Shown here: piece by piece, positions 59,341-64,000 of the stretch | Position numbering within the stretch: position 1 is the first letter of the stretch | Layout of the letters: each line of letters opens with the position of its first letter | Assembly: GCA_001179505.1 (NCBI GenBank) | Contig: CDMY01000433.1 | Span: forward strand, 13,299 to 77,298 | From: Vitrella brassicaformis CCMP3155 | Lineage: Eukaryota; Protista; Chromerida | Direction: 5' to 3' | DNA length: 64,000 nucleotides | Position numbers and translations under genes: made by a program | The notes under the pieces: generated by a model | The model's database searches: none | Seen by the model: the letters and a program-made list of their open reading frames with translations, nothing else | Told to the model about the DNA's origin: nothing

Positions 59341-60329
59341 GCACGCACACAGAGACGAATTGAAGCGTCAACTGGCCACGGATGGTCTCTGCAAGCCGTC
59401 CATTCACACCATCCATCCATGGCCAACACCCACAGACAGACAGTCACTCAGGCACGCACACGTGCAAGCCAATATCTACAACCGCCTCATGCATTGAAGC
59501 AGCTGGTGCCTCGAGAGGCAGCAGCCGTTAGACTGATCAGCGTGCTGTCACGCCCGCGGAAAGATGTCACGCCCGCGGGAAGGACGCCTTTCTGCCTCTG
59601 CGAGCTGTCTGGAGCTCGAGAAAGCTATCTTTCTGCAGAAAGCTGTCTTTTGGACCATATGGCTTTCTGTATGGAAGGATGTCTTTTTGAGTGGCGAGAT
59701 GTCTGTCTGCAGCGGCTGATGGGTTTTTGCAGCGCTTGCTGCCTTCTCCGGCCGATCGCTATCTTTTTTTTACCTTGCCATCCAGCTTTTTACCACGACC
59801 TTGCCTTGTCGTTAAACACACCAGCAAACACATCAGTTGATGGGCAGTCAACAGGCAACTGACATTATGTGCAGGGGGAGAGAGCAAGTGCCAGAAGTCG
59901 TGAGGGCAGTGTGCGGGCGGCATGGATATATCGTAGCGCATGGATATAAGCACGGTATGCATGAGACACGGGCGAGATTGCACGATTGACCTCAGGGGAG
60001 CGAGGACATTTAGACAACGCCGAAATGCGGCCTTTGCCTTCTAGCTGGAGGGTGCAAATAGGGAGGGTGCGTGCAGCCCTTGCCTGACAGTCGATAAGAC
60101 GACCGTGCCGCGCAGCTGCCGCTCGGACAGCATCCCCTCGCTGACATGCATCAGAATGTGCAGAGCGTAGATGATGGTGAGCAGGGTCAGTTGCCAATGA
60201 TGCACGAATAGCACCGACAGCCTGCGCACTCCACACATACCTCACCCTGCCCTGCCTTGGCAAGGCTGCCTGCACCCGGCTACAAAGGCTAGTCAAAGAT
60301 GGAGGCACCACACAACAGGCATGATAGCC

Positions 60330-60900
60330 CATGACAGGCATCGGTGCGGTGTGAAATGCATGTTCGTCTACAGAAAAATGACTGGCGCGAACGAAAATCT
60401 GTGGCGAGGCAGCCATATAGTCAATGAGGCTATGCTTACACTCCCTAGATGCGCGAACGAACCTGTCGTTCGAATTGTTCACGAGAGGCCCGAATGGTCG
60501 GAGCAGAAAGACAGGTAGAGTGCTGTTTTTTGCTGACTATCCTGTCATGTGGGGTTCACGTGCACAATCGGCACCTGCCAGAAGTGCTTTTGAAGCTGAC
60601 TTCACTGCTGTAGCTGCATGTGGCGCGAGTGTCCGATACATACAGAATGTGATGCGTGGTTTTCTGCCTGTCAATGCTGGATGTGTGCCTGCCATGGACC
60701 ATTTATAGTGACAATGACATTGCATTGAAGGAGCTGCGTGGCGATTTGAAGGCCACACAGCGCACAAAGCACATTGATCGCGGCTTTTGGACTGCATTTG
60801 AGTATGAGGCAGGCCTGTATGACCTTATGTACGTGCCAGGCAGTGTGAATCCGGCTGACCTACTGAATTCGTCATCTGAAACGGATTTCTGCGCGCGTTC
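60330..60900 (+). mobile_element. Ty1/copia RNase H remnant
   Basis: VMWGSRAQSAPARSAFEADFTAV (cf. ISWxSKKQxxVAxSTxEAEYxA) and IYSDN...RTKHID...YVPGSVNPADLL. Frameshifted. Confidence 0.8.
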
Positions 60901-61312
60901 TAATGGAAGGTCTCACATGGGTGTCATGTCCGTGATTTTGCAATGAGAAGTGCGGGAATCACCTTGCCAATCTGCAATGACACGGCGTTGCTCACACGAG
61001 TGCGTGTTCGGAACTTAGATCTCCGTCTTTTAAGCAAATTCGTGTGCGAAAAATTCTCTGCTCTTGCACTAGTCTTACAATGGTGCGCCGGCTTGGCGTG
61101 TTGACTCGCGCAAGGCGCTCATACAGGCGGGACGCCTTCTCGGCGCCCCCTCCCCCCAAAAACGGGGCTCCAACCCGTGGAAGCCTCCGCAATACAATTA
61201 AATACGTGTGCAGAAAAATATTTAACAAAAGTTCCAACAACAAGGAACACATCTAAAAAGCCGCCAAAAATGAAAGGAGAAATTTTTGAAATATTGGGGT
61301 TTCCGCGTTCGA

Positions 61313-61329
61313 TGCGAGCTAAGCTCGCA
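61313..61329. promoter_or_regulatory. Palindrome TGCGAGCT-A-AGCTCGCA with no adjacent recognisable gene
   Basis: Perfect inverted repeat in an AT-richer patch between the copia remnant and the LINE 3' end. Confidence 0.35.
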
Positions 61330-61633
61330 GTCTGTTTTCTGAATGTAAGGGATAAATGTTCTTCTCGCAAACCAATGTCCTTTGCATATCGAACTGGATA
61401 ACATCGTTTGCATTGTCCACACACAGTCTGTCAGTCCATTTGCCCTCACACTTACACACCGCACGCACACAGAAGACAGACATAAGATTACACACAACAG
61501 ATAGAGACATGCATACACAATTCATACAGACAAACAGCCAGACAGGGAGTCAACTTGCATTAACCGTGACACTCGTCTGTGTGTCCGTGATACTCATACA
61601 AATACAGTCCCATGAGCACGCAGAGTCAAACGC

Positions 61634-62750
61634 TCAAGGGGAGGAGGGATCAATCCCCGCCCCATCAGCACACCCCAGTCCCGCAAACCCTCCCCTCCCT
61701 CCCCCGGGCAGACAGAAGCTAGTCCCACGTGCGAGGGCGATAGACAAGCGAGAGCGCTCTATCCAGACACACGACTGAATCCCCGCCCCTTCCACTCCTC
61801 CTTCTCCAACAGCGCATGAGCCATGTGGGCGATGAACACGTTGGCATCGTGTCCCCACACACCATCACACGTCACCACCAGAGGGCAGAAGGTCACGCGG
61901 GAGTCGCAGACGGCCGAGCGGTATTTCTTCTTCTTGGCGGTCTCGTGCTGCTTCAGGATGGACTTGGTCGATCGGTTCTTGGAAGCATAAGACGGTGCGT
62001 CGGCATCAGTGATGCAGATGTTAAACGACGCAGCGCGACGATGTCCGCCCTGACCCCACCCTCCCCCTCCTCTCCCTCCTTCAACACCACCTCCCGACGT
62101 ACACCAGCGTCCCCCCCACGCCATCCCAATCAGCTCGGCAAAAGTGTCCCGCAGCTCGTTGTGGCGACGAATCACCAGGCCGTACCGCTTGCAGCACAGC
62201 GCATGGTCGACGGTAAGGGGCTGGTTGCAGTGGTCGCAGCGTGCAGCGAGGCCGGGGGGATGACGGCCGTATCGCATAATGAGAGCATCTCGAAACTCCG
62301 CAGCATCAAGACCAGTGTTGTTGTCTGTCGACAGGAGGGCGGTCAGCCAGCCGGACGTCTTGTACTCGGCGCTGCGGAAGAGGACGCGATGGCGCCGGCG
62401 GTCGATGTGCGGCAGGGCGGCCTCCCTCTTGATTTTGTGGGCGACGTCCTGCTGCTGCTTGCTCTGGGTGAGGGCGTGGCGGATGGTGGCACGATGGTCG
62501 CCAGGGTGGAAGGGAGCCTTGCCTTGGACGGACTTGGAGACCACCTTGGTGCTCGCGCGGGAAGCGGGGTAGGCGGCTGTCACTCGGTCGAGAGGGTCAC
62601 GTATGCCGGTGCCGCCAAAGCGGGCAGGCAGCAGCATCAGGTCGACCTCGGACGGCGTCACAAGGCCGCCGAGGAGGGCCGGCAGCAGCTCCTTGGCGAT
62701 GGCCTCGCGGAGGGGGCTGAGAGCGCACTCGTCGGTGAGCACGACACGAA
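61634..62750 (-). mobile_element. RLE-type non-LTR retrotransposon (CRE/R2-like), 3' portion, degenerate
   Basis: Thumb region, SGWLTAL, zinc knuckle CDHC...HALCC followed by RHNELRD, then endonuclease ITDADAPSY...E.AKKKKY...FCPLVVTCDGVWG and RLSIALARGTSFCL. Confidence 0.85.
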
Positions 62751-63050
62751 NNNNNNNNNNNNNNNNNNNNNNNNNNNNNNNNNNNNNNNNNNNNNNNNNN
62801 NNNNNNNNNNNNNNNNNNNNNNNNNNNNNNNNNNNNNNNNNNNNNNNNNNNNNNNNNNNNNNNNNNNNNNNNNNNNNNNNNNNNNNNNNNNNNNNNNNNN
62901 NNNNNNNNNNNNNNNNNNNNNNNNNNNNNNNNNNNNNNNNNNNNNNNNNNNNNNNNNNNNNNNNNNNNNNNNNNNNNNNNNNNNNNNNNNNNNNNNNNNN
63001 NNNNNNNNNNNNNNNNNNNNNNNNNNNNNNNNNNNNNNNNNNNNNNNNNN
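62751..63050. other. Assembly gap (300 N)
   Basis: Run of N. Confidence 1.
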
Positions 63051-64000
63051 CAGACGGCCGAGCGGTATTTCTTCTTCTTGGCGGTCTCGTGCTGCTTCAG
63101 GATGGACTTGGTCGATCGGTTCTTGGAAGCATAAGACGGTGCGTCGGCATCAGTGATGCAGATGTTAAACGACGCAGCGCGACGATGTCCGCCCTGACCC
63201 CACCCTCCCCCTCCTCTCCCTCCTTCAACACCACCTCCCGACGTACACCAGCGTCCCCCCCACGCCATCCCAATCAGCTCGGCAAAAGTGTCCCGCAGCT
63301 CGTTGTGGCGACGAATCACCAGGCCGTACCGCTTGCAGCACAGCGCATGGTCGACGGTAAGGGGCTGGTTGCAGTGGTCGCAGCGTGCAGCGAGGCCGGG
63401 GGGATGACGGCCGTATCGCATAATGAGAGCATCTCGAAACTCCGCAGCATCAAGACCAGTGTTGTTGTCTGTCGACAGGAGGGCGGTCAGCCAGCCGGAC
63501 GTCTTGTACTCGGCGCTGCGGAAGAGGACGCGATGGCGCCGGCGGTCGATGTGCGGCAGGGCGGCCTCCCTCTTGATTTTGTGGGCGACGTCCTGCTGCT
63601 GCTTGCTCTGGGTGAGGGCGTGGCGGATGGTGGCACGATGGTCGCCAGGGTGGAAGGGAGCCTTGCCTTGGACGGACTTGGAGACCACCTTGGTGCTCGC
63701 GCGGGAAGCGGGGTAGGCGGCTGTCACTCGGTCGAGAGGGTCACGTATGCCGGTGCCGCCAAAGCGGGCAGGCAGCAGCATCAGGTCGACCTCGGACGGC
63801 GTCACAAGGCCGCCGAGGAGGGCCGGCAGCAGCTCCTTGGCGATGGCCTCGCGGAGGGGGCTGAGAGCGCACTCGTCGGTGAGCACGACACGAAAGACGT
63901 AGTCCCACTCCATCTGCAGAGACCTCGTCATTGCCGCGTGGGCCGTGTGCGGGAAGTTGCGGGCAGCGCTGGTCTCACGTGGAGGATCCCGAGAGCCCGG
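63051..64000 (-). mobile_element. Second copy of the same RLE-type LINE segment (runs off the window end)
   Basis: Appears identical by eye to ~61908-62750 and extends upstream to HAAMTRSLQMEWDYVFRV. Confidence 0.8.

Noticed and set aside
61816-63156. 446-aa plus-strand ORF
   Set aside because: It is the antisense shadow of the GC-rich LINE ORF and is extended artificially through the N gap.
61908-63890. True tandem duplication of the RLE LINE
   Set aside because: The two copies look identical and abut a 300-N placeholder gap, as expected from unmerged overlapping contig ends. Treated as a probable assembly artefact until long reads show otherwise.

Overview
Intron-rich, GC-rich eukaryotic DNA with microsatellite-filled introns of about 50-100 nt. 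The gene set (plastid-targeted Ycf54, ApiAP2-like factor, flagellar genes) points to a photosynthetic alveolate, most likely the chromerid Vitrella brassicaformis; this is inference from style and content. About 1-54.7 kb is gene-dense, and almost all genes sit in tight head-to-head pairs. The genes are a partial coiled-coil protein, a DAO-family FAD oxidoreductase, an ankyrin-repeat protein ending in CaaX, CFAP43, mitochondrial uS11, a mitochondrial-type EF-hand protein, a tandem CCCH zinc-finger protein, a coiled-coil protein, a triple AP2-like protein, SGT1, IFT43, TIM17, a small coiled-coil protein, Ycf54, prefoldin 4, an SLC25A32-like carrier, a small secreted Cys-rich protein and SNIP1/Pml1. 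A ~9 kb non-coding microsatellite tract lies at 18-27 kb. Two inverted ~2.3 kb degenerate units of an uncharacterised gene family share their termini. From 54.9 kb to the end is a transposon graveyard (Helitron PIF1, LINE RT, copia, RLE-type LINE) with three 300-N gaps. The main unexplained signal is an 8-mer, TGCGAGCT/AGCTCGCA, found between 8 of 9 divergent gene pairs, sometimes as a palindrome or direct repeat. Exon structures were read by eye, so gene ends are approximate where stated.
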